Part shown: piece after piece, positions 15,001 to 28,640 of the stretch
Layout: the number at the start of each line of letters is the position of its first letter
How positions within the stretch are numbered: the stretch's first letter is position 1
Assembly (NCBI RefSeq): GCF_001949145.1
Contig: NW_019091355.1
Span: 1,390,135 to 1,454,134 of the forward strand
Origin: Acanthaster planci
Taxonomy: Eukaryota
Direction of reading: 5' to 3'
Length of the DNA: 64,000 nt
Notes under the pieces: model-generated
Database searches by the model: none
The model's input: the letters and a program-made list of their open reading frames with translations, nothing else
What the model was told of the DNA's origin: nothing
Position numbers and translations under genes: made by a program

Positions 15001-17659
15001 TAATTAACAGGTGGAAATGAAGCGGCATTTGCAAAAAAAGGGGCATTTTGGTGTGAGATCCATGACTACCTCTAATTAAAGAACAGTACCCCATGCCGAC
15101 ACTTCGGTGTTGGACATCTGGGCAACGGACGATCAACTTGAAGGAGTGAAGAGAGCCGTGCTTGTTTGCTTACTGACAGGACAGGCCCGTCCAACGCGCG
15201 ATAGCGGAATCGCAAGGGAGGAGGCTGTGAAAACAAACTTTATGCAGAAGGACACAGAGGAACTGGTAAGGGTCTTCAAAGTCTCGTTTTGCGCGAGGGG
15301 GTGAAGCCATGTGCGACAACAGCGGACAGTCATCCATCGTCAGTACTTTCCCGATAGTCGTTCTCTGTTTTTATTCGTTTGCTTCACAGGAGGAGATTTA
15401 CTGTCCAGTTTACAAAGATCAGAGTTTAGCGTTTAATTGGTGATATATCACTCAATGGTTCATTTTTTTCAAAAAGATAGCAGAGATTTTGGAAACCAGA
15501 CGTTTTCATTCTTAATGACCAACCTATATGTTTCGTAGCCCATTGAAAAAGTAAAGCGAGCGCTCACGTGAACACGTTCTTATTTTGGCACGTTCGTTAA
15601 GCAAAAAAAATGCTCACGATTAGAATATCACGCCATTTCCTATATTCTTGCTTTTAGTTTCCCTCCTGTCGTGTTTCTAAAGTATATTGAGATCTAATTA
15701 CTGCAGTTAATTTCGTCTTTACACGGGCATATCACAATAGTGCGCCTCCAAGAGTTGCAAAAACGCGTTCACCATTCACAGGACGCAAAATCTGTCGACC
15801 CAGTGGGCGTTTGGAAAGGGTCGACAGATTTTGCGGATTCTGATCGGTCAACGCGTTGTAAACTCTTGGAGGCGCACTTTTGTGGATCGCCTGCATTGGA
15901 CAACCTTTATTCGAGAAATGAGGTTAATACACCAGCAGAAGGCAAAGGGGAGAGTGGGCGAATCTAAACCGAAATGGACATGGAAATCCTGTATAGCAAC
16001 ACGTATGATAACAGCAAACAGAAGAACAAAAGCTTTCTCCCCATGCCCCCTACAAGGAAGTTAAACATGTTATTAGCTGCCATTTCAAGAAACAAATACT
16101 CATTTTGATTAGAAACAATACTTGTATTGGTAAAGAGATGTCAGGGACCGATCCAAGCATTTCAGCAAAGAGGTCAGGCCCCTCAGATTTTGGATATCCG
16201 ATTGTTGCGGTCAGGACATTTACTGATGTAAAATAATACAGGGTGTTAGCCATCTTGTTTATTACCAACATTGTCCACACTGCGTGCTGATCTCCATCAT
16301 CGCTTAATTTAATAAAATTTGGTGGGTTACAGAATGGTTTGCTTTCTCACCTAAAAGTTTAAAACTATTTCAGCTCTACAGTCAGGCAGGGAATAAAGTT
16401 GTGCCCCCTTCAGCATCGTAGTCATAGGAGAGTTCGATTTTATCCGCGCGGCTCCGTGGACCGTCCAACAAGTAGGTCCTCAAGCTCACGTCCCCTTTCG
16501 CCATTATATCCGTATTTTGAAATGAATGAGCGTTTCTCTTTCTCTAAGCGTGTGTCAGGCATTCATCAACTTGCCTCCAAAAGGGGTCAAGCCGAATAAA
16601 TAGCCGGTATCATACCCTTTTTCCCGTACAGCTTCGACACTGCCACCCGCTTCATAACAGCCAGGAGATTGATAGCGTGTGTGAGCAATTTATCAAGGAC
16701 ATCAAGTGGAGCTCTCTTATGTACTTCTTTCCTGTCTATTAAGTTCTCTAACCACTTCATAAATTAAGGATAACCTGAACAAGATAGGCGAAGGGTGTAA
16801 AAGTTCCTTGGAGAAAACAGAACGACACCTAAGGTTTTGTACCTTACTTGAAAATAGAAAAGAACGAAACAAATTTTTAGCACAGATAAGTTTCGCAATG
16901 TTTCATTGTGTAAATACTCCTTGGATCAATCCTACCTTATCGTTCTGAAGCTTTTGGGGAAAATAAATTAGAAGTAGGCTTTAAACAGGAAAAGACGTTA
17001 GAAGGCGTTGTTCTCAAAAAGAATAAATCAAGTTTCAAATCACTTAGTACCTTATTAAATGATGGGAAATCTATTGTTATTAATCGTCAAAATCTCCCTC
17101 GTTTGCCTCTAAAAAGTGCGTTGAAGACAGTGAAATATTTACCAAGAAACGTCACACGCCCCCCGTCCGGCTTTTATTTGAGAGGATGCTGATGGTTAAG
17201 CCTCATGATTGATGCTTGGCCTAATAATCAATATTCGCAGGCTGGTTGCAAATACACAGCCGCCACCCTTTCGTGATTAGCGCTGCACTTAGGTAGATTA
17301 TTGCGCGGTGAGGTTGGCCAATCGTGACGTCACTAGGCCTACATTTCATAAACTTCTGCGCCCAAACGTGTCGGTCTGTTGTCGGCCAGTTATTGCTTAT
17401 TCAGGTTAATGGATAAAGCTGTCAGACTTTTCAGCTTCTGGGGACGGCAACGAGGAAACGAGACCAAGAACTACATAAATGAGATTATCATGGCCTCCCA
17501 AGTGGTGTTACAAGACGCGATGAATTCCAGTTTTCAAAATAGCTGGCAGCTCCGCCATTGGTTTCATTTCAGTTCTGTGACAAAGGAAACATTCGGTGAC
17601 ATTCTATTTTGGGGCACGAAGTCGTAGACCTTAACACAGTAGCAGGATGATAATAACAA

Positions 17660-18012
17660 TGAGGAGGATAATATCAGAGTATTTATAAGGCTAACGGTGA
17701 CAGTTTAAATAATACCTGTAAATCAAAGGTGCCGATATATTATCCGCATTATCCTTACACATTGGAGTCACAACATTTGAACATTCATGAAACCGTCTCA
17801 GCTCCCTTGGGAGAAAACTAGCCCGATGCTGCCATATCAGGCGCAACTTTCCCATCATAATCATAACCTGCCCTCAAGGAAAGTCGTTTATTCCTAGATG
17901 TAGAGAGGCAGGTAAAGTTTAAGTGACTTACCCCCCATGCTGCTATGATGGATTCCAACCCCGACCGTTATGATCGGAAGCTACAACCCTATATCGACTT
18001 TGCCACATACCC
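17660..18012 (-). mobile_element. Degenerate tRNA-derived SINE
   Basis: The minus-strand head has an A-box-like TGGCAAAGTCG and a B-box-like GGTTGGAATCCC. It is followed by body motifs (+ strand GAGAGGCA...TTAAGTGACTT, CCTGCCCTCA, TCAGCTCCCTTGGGAG) that I recognise from invertebrate SINE bodies. Boundaries are approximate. Confidence 0.5.
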
Positions 18013-18490
18013 CGCGAGGCTGACTTGACAAAGATGACTTGTTAAACTAAGCAACCCTCTACATCCACGGACTTATTCGTAAAATATCTGACTTTGTAGA
18101 CGACATCATATACATGGCGTCATTAAAAAACAACTTTTCACCAAAGTGCACCAAAGATGTGTTGCCTTCTGAAACAACTATCCTACACATGTTTGCTTTT
18201 AAAAAGGACTCATAACAGGGTTTCAACTTTTCCGTTCGAATTTTGCTTAAGTGGTGTACAAAGGTTAACTTACCAAATAGTCTTCACAGTTTTGTTCATC
18301 CGATGGATTAGTCCTCCGACATACCGAAGTCCAGGACTCCATCAGCCTTTATGGTGTGTCCTGGTAACTTTTTCGTCTGGAGTGGAGGTCTTCAACCACA
18401 CTCCTTACCAGGTCTCGGTCGTTCTTCTTGTCTCCCGCACGCATTCTTTCGCCTCACTTCCACCGGATGAAAACCCTAAGCACCGCCTTC

Positions 18491-18524
18491 GTCGCCATGG
18501 CAATTCCCTTCTCCAGTGACGTCA
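18491..18524. promoter_or_regulatory. RFX X-box next to a full CRE in a CpG-rich promoter-like segment
   Basis: GTCGCCATGGCAAT (18491-18504) and TGACGTCA (18517-18524). A minus-strand donor CTG|GTAAGG lies at 18409. Confidence 0.5.
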
Positions 18525-21500
18525 CCTCCAGATGAAATGACTAATTACGCGGCTGGTAGCCCGATGGCGCGGGAAAACGGCGCACGGAGCAGCGATATGA
18601 ATCGAAAATGCGAAGGAAACGAAGGTCTCTCAGTTTTTATACCGCTTTCCTTTTGTGTGTAACACAACGTCGTGGGAGAAAATTAAATTTTGAGCGATTG
18701 ATTTGCCCGTCGTTGCGATACGGTAACGTGACTGATATCTAGCCTTGATTACATCAATTTGTGGAGGGTTGTTCTGTGTTTACAATAATGCAGTTTCGTC
18801 AGATGCAGTTCAGTTTGAAAAACACACATTGCAAGCAGACACATTCTTGTGAAGATCCGTTGTGGAAAATGTATACCTCACCAGCTATTTTATCTATAGG
18901 CCTATTGTGTGTTTCCTCCTATCTGATAAACGGTTTGTCATTGGTATGGAATTTTATTGTATTATAGTCCAATAGGTGCTTTATTTCTTACTGAACGAAT
19001 GCACACCTTTCGTATTTGAAAGTGAAATACTAATACTGCCTCATATCTCGGCGTTTTAGGTTGCAATTACTTATTTGAATTTCAATTTCTCAAATATAGA
19101 GTTGTTTTATCACGTGATCCCTAAAGCTTATAGAAACCTTTTAAACGCTTGTGTGGAATCACGTGACACCAGGGGCATGCCTTCGGCATTACGGTATTCC
19201 TTATAAACAAAAACCTTTTCCAAATGTCAGCGTGAAATAAAAATTGTAAACGCAATAAAATCTTTAGGTTAAAGTACCATTTTTACAATTTCATCGAATG
19301 ACAACGTTTCATTGCAATTGTTGGGGTCGGCCCGATTATTTGCTTTCAAACAAGATTTACAGTTCAGTTTACAATTCAGCTCTTTTCACAATAAACTTGT
19401 GAAAAAAGAGGGACAAGAATTTCTACTAAGAAAAATACTAATGGTTTACTATGCAAAACTAGCCTGAGGAAAGCACTAACGGAGCAAATCTTTGAAGATC
19501 TGGTGCATGTGCGTGCAGTGGTGCACCTATACTTTGATATGGAGCGGCATATTCGAAGATGAATAAAGTCTAGTTGATATATCGGGCATTCAGTTCTGCA
19601 TCTTGAGCTCTCTCGATCCTGGAGCCATTTCCGGTGTCTTAGCTCATCTGCCCTGGAGACTCACCCCGTCACCCGCGGCGGCGCTTCGCCCAGTGTGTCA
19701 TCCGCGATGGATGTGCCAGAAATGCAGGCCAAGCGATGTAAAAAGACAAGGGGGAAAGGAGGTTTGTGGATGTATGGCAGTGAGACAAAATGCCAAACTA
19801 TATAGCTGTCTCATCTCTCCACTCGTCTTCACGTCCAACCCCCACAAATTGATTCCCCCTTTGTTGACACGCTTCTCCGTAAATGCCCCAACCCTCCTCT
19901 TGGGTTGTTTTCTCTGTCTGATCTCCTCGGACCGCTTGGCTCGCAGTGACACTTCCCCGGCAAGTAATGGCAGCGGACTGAGTGGAAGCCACGCCAAATA
20001 TTGATACACAATACAATAACTGGGGTGTGAAATTAACACTACATTGTCTCTGATACCGACCGACTTATCCGGTGTAGACATCACACACGCTAAACGCAGT
20101 TTGAGCGGTGAAGCGTTGGCATCATTTTCATCTTTTATTTTGGTTACATTTTTGTATAGACCTATGGGTTTTCTCCTGTGTGATACATTGTCATAAGGAG
20201 TGGTTGATTCATATACGAGGAATATCATGTCACGATTCAGATCGTGTCTAAATCGTTTTGTATTGGTCCAAATATTGCTACTTTAAACTAGCAGTCATAG
20301 CCTACGACTTGTCCACACACATTGTTAAATCAAGCCTAAACGTAGCGAAAAGTTTTTTTTTAATTTGTAATCAAGTGCACTATGATAATCAGAAAATGAA
20401 GCATACGGTGTACACTGAAGCGGAGCAAAACACAGCAACCTGCTACAGTATTTTCTTCGAGTTTAGCTGATAACCGAGCCTGTTATCTTCTCCCTGGGGT
20501 ACTAGTTTTGTTGATTGATTGGAAATAGTTCTCTCGGCTTCAAAGCTTATTATAGCTGTGACATATATCTTTCCTTTTGTTTTACCCTCCTCCATCATCC
20601 TAAACCAGTCAGTGTATACACCTGTATTGATAATAAATGATCCATAATTGACATGCAATTGTAGAGACCACGTGCTCCTTTTACAAGTTTGCATTTCTTC
20701 CTCATAATGGAGAAAGAAATATAGAGACACCCGGGGTACGCTTACATCTTGTCGCCATGTATTGAGATTAGCAGTCAAATCTTGAAAGGTTTCCACATGT
20801 GCGAAATGCCCAGATGAAATTTTTTTGTGGACGGGATCGCAAGCCATGTCAAAATGTTCAAAAAGGAATATTTTGGATATCTTTTAGAACTTGAACGAAT
20901 CCTAACTTCAACCAGTCTGTCAAATCAGCACCATCACTTGTAAGTAGTCAGAGTTTTAATACGTTTAGAGTGTGCTTTATCCCTGTGCCTTTTCTGCTTC
21001 GTATATGATGTTTTTATCCATGATTCGTTAAAAATTTATGTTCACTATATTTTTACTGTTTTTTTATTGTAACCAGGTACAAGAAGTAGACAATAGATAG
21101 CACTGTTAGGTAATAGGAAAAAATCTTGCCTCTTTGTTTTTTTCTTCAAATGACCACTGTGGGCGAGAGATGATCCCATCAAGCCGGAGGCTGTTGGTGT
21201 GTACGGATCATGCGCAGTTTTCTAATATCTCCACTGATTGGTTGGGTAAAGGGGTAATCGGCAATCGACACTTTATATGTCCGGGGGGGCCAAAATGCGA
21301 ATGTCGTGATTATGCCCTCTCCTGCTATTTAGAAAAAAAAGGCTCAATCCTGACCGCGTGATTGGTGGCGGGGCGTGGGACAAGTGGAAATCTAAAAGAT
21401 TACTTGACTGAACCTTACTATTATAATCTCTATGGCTGTGACTCACCAAACTGCACGCTCGCGTCAAGTTTAAGAGCGCCTGCGTTCGTATGAGCCTATA

Positions 21501-24500
21501 TTGTTCACTGTTTATAGTGGCTGCTCTCCGGATGAATCCATAGAGACTAGGTTTGACACGTTTGCCCCTGGCGTGTATTGTACTCTGCATAGACATCTCT
21601 CTCCCTTAAGTGCATGCAGCATCCGAAGCGAATCTTGCACCAATTTGACAGCTGGTCCATTTATCATTGGGATCTGTAAAAATATCATCGTTGGTTTCAC
21701 CTGGGGCAGAGAGCTGAGGTGGCATTCGATCTTGCTTAGAACGAGGCATCTGTTCCACCCCCGTTTAAAGTTACGAACGACTGAACAACAAAGTTGTCTT
21801 TTGCATTAATCGATTCAAGATGTCATATCTTCCTTAAAAGTATCCCCCAAGTTATCAGTCTTAGTCGCTTTCCGGACACTCTTTTCCGCACTGGAAAGGA
21901 AACCCTGTGTTCAGACGCTTTAATCTATTATTCAAGTAAATATTTTCACGTCCCTGTAGGTATACAGCCATTTTGGCGTCACCTGACTGATGCGCTTGCA
22001 CATACGCAACGGGTAAAACCTAATTCAATGTCAATTTGGAATCATACCACACTTTTTTCTGTACCGCTGATTGTAATTAAAACCTGATTATATTCAAAGC
22101 GGTGTTTCATTTTAAAGCGCTCGACTCTGAAAAAAGGGAAAAGATGAATTTATCGGCGGCAAAACCTTTTATAGAATGTTACTAGGCCTATATATCCTGC
22201 ACATTCTCTTAATGAACCACAGTGGCGTATCCATCAAGGGACGGGGGCAACTCCCCCCCCTCCACCGACAGAACTTTTTTTTACAACGAATATTTCATAG
22301 GTGAGTAAGAAAGAAAGCAATTGGTATGTTAATTTTGTTTATCTCATTAGCACCAAAGGTCACAACCCTTACTCACGGTTCCGACATCCTTGCCTTGTTT
22401 GTTAGTGTCGTTTTCTTAAACTCTAACAAAATAACACCAGCTCAAAGCAAGGATGTCGGCACCGTGAGTAAGGTTTGTGGTTTTCTCTCCCCAACATCAT
22501 GTTGAATGAGTCCCAAGCCACATTCCCTTTTGAATTTGCCTCCTTTTTTGACACCAAAAGCTGGATACGCCGCTGTATGAATGAAATAAGGGCAGTTCCC
22601 CTGTGGTTTCTATGCTTCACATCAGGAGAGAAGGCAGGACGAGAGCGCCTTCTGGCAACTCTTCTGGCAAATAATTGCGGTGTGTGCATATATAGGAATT
22701 ACCTTTCTAATTGTTGACAGGGATTCTTGTATGGCGATTCTGCGCCAGTGGTTACAACTCGTATCATCTCCCACGAAAAATATACAGACTATTATTGGTA
22801 TTATTCCTTGGGACGACGTAACATGCACATAGTGGATTGGGATTGAATCACATTGTGATAATAAACTGCTCAAGTCTTGGCAAGTTATCGCTACATAGTC
22901 TGAAGGGGGTCCCACTTGTCACAATATTCTTGCGCATATTGTTAAGGCAAGTTCGATCAGTACTAATTTGTTAACCACATCGTCGATTTTCCCTGATACT
23001 CGATATACATTTAATGCATGCATGGTTACCAGTCAAAATCGACCATGGGTTGACTATTGTCGCTGATCGAACTTGCCTCTAAATGCAAGTCACGTAGGTT
23101 GCAGGCAATAGTTCCACGGCTGCACGCTACCTTATCATGGAGGGCAGAAGCACAAAGAGAACATGTCCTTCCGCTGCATAGTCAGTCTCACTTTTCTGTT
23201 GCAATGATAAGTGTTTGTGCTCTGTTAAAGAGGCAATGTATTACAGGAGCAATGGGAAACACAATTCGACCAGAATCAAGGATCGGGTGATTTTACATAC
23301 ACGACAAAAAGGATGATTGTGAGATATTAGTCTTTCACTAGTCTTGCCACAAAAAGCACTGAGATCTCACTTTATGGGATATTTCATATTCTCTCTCAAT
23401 CAAGATAATTGTATCTCACATTGTCTTTACGTAGATTTTTAGAGACAAAAACTCAAATTTTAATTGCTTGTAATTTGACTACCGGTGATATCACCATGAA
23501 GTCAACCTCATAACATTATGCACAACATGAGATTCGGGATTGATGTTCATATACCAACTTATAATTGCATGGAATTGTAGCATGATTAAAAGAAAACGAC
23601 CCAGAGAATTATTATCCGAATGAAAAAAATTAAAGGAAGAGAAAGATGGAATTGTCTGGTTTAAAAAGATTGAGCGCAATCACTTAAAAAGTCTGTCCTG
23701 AGAAACTGCAATGCCAGCGTTTTACATATGTTACTGTATGAATATCCTGGATTGTTTATATTTCAACAACCCACATATGGCTCCTGGTGACAAGTGCTGG
23801 TTTGACCTTAATTACGTTAAAGGTCGAGTCACACCGACTTTCACTTGGTATTCTAAAACCACGCTATCGAGCGAAACATGATCGGGTAAAAAAACACCCA
23901 TGTCGCCACTTGCATTTTTTTCATTCATAATCAATGACGATGAAGCAGTTATAGATGATTTTGTTTGGCAGTAAACTCCGAGTATGACGTCACACTTCAC
24001 ATGGTGCATTAACACCATATCGGCCTGCAAAGGCCGTGTTTGTTAGCAACGAACCGAATAACAAAAACATTTCTAGGACTGGTGCTACCGCTTCCGGTCG
24101 ATATACGTGCGTTATTTCGGGCCGTACATTAGGCAGGCAAAGTGTGAACCAGGAAGTTCAATATTAAAATCATGTCTTTTAAATATTAGAGATCTTCGGA
24201 GCGTACTTGACAGGGTGGCTCTTCCTGGGCTGGCGTGAATGCAGTCTCACCATCATGACGAGCCGTCTGTAGCCAGGAGGCTTGTGGATAGTGAATTCGA
24301 GAACGGGTATCGATTATTGTCTCTGCGTGGTTCTCGGTTGTCCGTAATCGATAAATATTGCGCTTGACTGCTCACTGGGATGCCAGAAACAACAACAACT
24401 GTGATGCTTTCATATTTGTCTGTTTTCGTTTCACGCGGGCTTGACTGCATTATGCTAATTTTGCTGGTTTATATGTTTGTGTACGGTATTGATCGGAGCA

Positions 24501-26673
24501 TTTTGTCGTGGTGGAATTGGTTTGCTAACGTTTTTGGACTGATGTGAACTGGACTGTATAAAATAAAATCTTCTTCTCTCCAGATATTTTTGCCCACTAG
24601 TAAAGTTTAATATCAACACACAGTACGAGTCAGCACTATAGGTTCATTACTGAGCACAGTATGGGCACCATGCAACATCGTAATACAAGCATTAAACCAG
24701 TTACAAGTTGTCGCGACATGTTCATTTACTGCTTTAACCACAATTCAGCCCGTTTGTCGCTTGTAACGTCATTTTTGCGGACAATTTCATTGTCCTAATG
24801 TTGGTAGACTGCACAAAGATGTTCGTATGGAATAAGCTCTAAGATGAACTACGGTCTTTGTGAGCCGTAAAATACATCTTGAAAGTAAAATGTTGAAGAC
24901 TGGAGTAAATGTGGATTGCATAATGGTTTATTCAGAAGCTGGGAATAGGAAAAAATCCAAAAGAAACCAAAATAATGGAAGCTGACATATTAATTACTTT
25001 TTCTGCCCAAACTGAACGTTGGAGCATCCTAAGACGAACTCTTTACCCCTTTATCGAATCTCATCAGTCACTGCCGTCTAAGCGAAGCTCTTGATCAGAC
25101 AAAGTGTCACGTCACCTCCGCTGACGCACTTCGGCATTGGGATCAATCTCTTTAGGCCCGCTGGCCAGTGGTAATGAAAGGGATAACCCTATTTTTCCAA
25201 AATGCAAAATAAAATGAATTTTAATATAATTACAAAGGTATTCCGGCCTTTGGTCCCCCGACCACATTGTGTAGCGACTTGACCGACCGCGCGCACTTAT
25301 GTTCAGTCTCGTCAAGCGAGATATTTGGATTACCGCGATCCTATTTGTGATATGTCGACTAAGTTACGCAGCATATTTCATTTGTGCAATGAGTAATCGT
25401 AGTTGTTAGTTGTTTCAGTTCCTGCTTTTCTATAAACAAATCATTCATCCCGAGTTAAGTATTTGTTAATAAGACACGGCTTTAGGGGTTCACTTCACCA
25501 AAACTAAACGTTGGTTTTCTTTTTAATAGAAGGATTTGGAAAAAGGATCAGAACAACAAAGAGTGAGATCCTTTCAAGGCTTAGGCTATCCCTGATGTAT
25601 TGATCTTCGGGTAAATATTGTGATTGGAGAGTCAAATCTTTTTGGCATTTATCACTCGTCGAGGGCTTGTTACGAAAAGAAATCTCAATGGTGCATAAGA
25701 ACCAACGCTCTTTAGCGCTTTACGAATCCACCGTCTTGGACGAGGCCAGCGGGCCGAATCGAGTTAATCTGAATGTTGGCGTAGCGTCTGGAGCGAACTC
25801 CAACATGGTGTCCATATCAGATTTCATCACTCCATATCAAACGGGGACACATCCAGTTCGTGTCAAATGAGGTCGCTGTCATTGTGTTGGTGTGATTCGG
25901 TCAAGCGTAGGCGTTCGAGTGTGAACGGCGGCGATCTTCAACAACGTGGTGGCAGCTGAATTATTTTTAGAAAAAAACCAATAGGGCCTATACACAGCTT
26001 CAATCTAGCTGAAAAATTACACGAAAGCCTATCTAACAATGTTAAAAGTAGCATTTAGCCTCGTCTAGTGCTTTTTCATAACGATACAAAAAGGAAACCA
26101 ACCCCCTAAACCAAACACATAAATGGAATCGCAACATATCCTGTGGTTGCTAAAAAGTGTAACGAATAGGTTAATGTTCAAAAGGTAAAGTGGTTGTGGG
26201 TCACCTGATAATAAAGATCAGTTGAATGACAGGGATTCTTTTATGCTAGACAAACTTGTGCCGAAAAAAAGCAACGGCGAAGTGATCAAATACAGCCTTA
26301 TGAGAGCCAGGATGCGTCCCGTATGGGCTTCCTTTAGGCGAATTCGTCGGCTAATTGCAGGGCGCCACATGTGTAAATTGACAGATGAATTGCGTTGGGT
26401 ACCGTTGTGTGTGAGAAGAGAACCTGATTACTCTTTTCTGCTGGGACAAACAAATCGAAAATATATGCGTTGGTGTACATTGATTTTTATAAATCGTATA
26501 GGCCAAAATATACCCAGGCCTGTGAGATGGTGAACAGGCCCTTCAGGATCAAAATGTAATAACATGCAGATGATCTTTCTGAAGATGTTTGCCGATATGC
26601 GCAGCGCTGGTCAACAATCTTTACGAAGATGGTCCGGCGTGTAGGGGGTCAGTGCAGGTCAACGACTGAGGGG

Positions 26674-26689
26674 ACACTAGATGGCACCA
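26674..26689 (+). promoter_or_regulatory. CTCF-like motif
   Basis: ACACTAGATGGCACCA matches the CTCF core CCACYAGRKGGCRS except at the first base. Motif match only. Confidence 0.35.
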
Positions 26690-28547
26690 TACGGAGCGGG
26701 AATAAATCTCTTTGCTTGTCCGAGTTACTAAGACCGTGCCATCTCTGCCGCTGGTCCTGATCGTCCTCGGTCAACCAAACAATAAAAACGAGTCTGGACA
26801 AAAACCTAATTCCGTATCACTAATTTGTCAGGCTGTCTTCCTTGCAGTGAGGTGGTATCACTTTCTGGTGGTTTCAAGATACAAATTCCAACTGAAGTTC
26901 AAGTTAAAAGCTGCAGCTGATTAATTGGGGTTCATTTCTGACATAAACTCAGCCGTTTAACATGTGTAGGCCTGTACATTGATTTGTAAACTTAAGATGT
27001 ATTCATTTTTCTAAATTTGTATTATTTTGAAGTTTTCGGTAATACATTAAATATATTAATAACAAAGCATTTATAAGACGCACAGTATCTCAAACCAAAG
27101 GCGGCGATATAACTCTTAAAAACCGTGAGGTGTCACAGTCCCCCGTCTTAATTTTTTTTTTTATCAAACAATAAGTTTATATACATAAGACTATATACAT
27201 TCTAGCTGAACAACGCCAAGGTGTCCCAAGAGATTGCTGAACATGTTTCAATCAATTGAATAGCCTCATGAATTTCACCTCTGTCCAACATCAAACACCA
27301 ATTGCCAAGTCACAAACCTGGAAGATACATTGACTCATGTGTTAGTGTTGTCTGACAGAAAAGGTGCGGTGACGGGATGACTTAATGAACCTAAAGGTAC
27401 CTCCCCCCCAAAAAAAAATAAAAAATAAAAGTGCAACCTGTGCACGTGAAGTCACACACTGTCAAAAAAAAAAACCATGAGCTGGAAACTGCAGTACGCA
27501 AAATAACTGGTTTATTGCGATTGCTGCGGCATATCCTCTCCAGTGAATTATAACACCCGAAGGCAAGCCATTTCTCATGCATAGTATACAAACCTGCTGC
27601 ACCAAGCCACCAGCAATGTCTATGCCAAAGCCAATTAGTTAGTCGCTGAGATCAATCGGTGTGGTTCCAAATTAAACTCACTGCGACAACTTCCAAGGGG
27701 CAAATCAAGAATGACGGAGCAGGACCAAAATTCCATCCGAAAAAGGGAATTGCTGGAGAAAGGAAAGATGAACTACTCACCAGCTGCGGTTGGCGAAATA
27801 GGGACTCACCTTTGCTAGTATGTATCGTCGTTGCTTCACAGTGTGGCTGGCTTGATTTAGCGAACTTCCCGCCGAACTTGTCATTTGTGCAAATTCGCTT
27901 GATAAAACAAACGATGCCGAATTGCTGAGGCATCACCACTTGAGAAGAGCATAATTAATGCATACTACACCGTAATCAAGACTACAGGAAATCACGACGG
28001 AGAGCCGAGAAGCCTTTGCCCAACTCGTCCATATGCACTGCATCTTTCAAACAAACTGTTGTGCGGCCTCTTATAATTATGTAAAGCTTAATTAATATCG
28101 ATTACAGGAAACACTTCAACTTCAAGGTAAGTTCAAGTTACAACAGCATTTAAAAAAAAATTGAGCCTCTGTCGCTTAATTTTGAATGAGGCCTTGCAGG
28201 TTTGCTGGGTTGTACGACTTGCCTAAATCTTGATTGTTCAAGTCAGCTCAAGCCCCACCGAATAAAATCCACCCCGAGTAGCTCCACTGCCTATCATGGG
28301 GGCACTGCAGTAAACAAAAAGTGTACCCGCCATCAGTGCCATCAAACTTTTTGCCACCGCTTTGGTGAAGAGTTTTATGTTTACAGTATAAAATGTTTAC
28401 ATCCATTTAATCATTACAAGACAGACGACTGTCAGGTGGATAACACGGCCCAGTGCGATAGGGAAACCTTAGTGGATGTCTTTTGCGGGCCACCATAGAT
28501 ACCATATGCGCAATCGATTACGCATAATACGTTTGAGCATTTTCGTC

Positions 28548-28640
28548 ATTGGTACACGAGCACTTCGCAAGTATATGGTTTCGTGCTTGCGCGCGTGCGC
28601 CGAGTACCAATCACAGTCATTTTCAGGCAACATGGCGGAC
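28548..28640 (+). promoter_or_regulatory. Proximal promoter of the hnRNP gene
   Basis: CpG-rich segment with ATTGG (~28548) and CCAAT (~28607) boxes, a GCGCGCGTGCGC NRF1-like element, and AACATGGCGG (YY1-like) over the start codon. Confidence 0.5.

Noticed and set aside
19698..20228. 176-aa minus-strand ORF
   Set aside because: No domain or coding-like composition; it overlaps a probable non-coding 5' exon or promoter.
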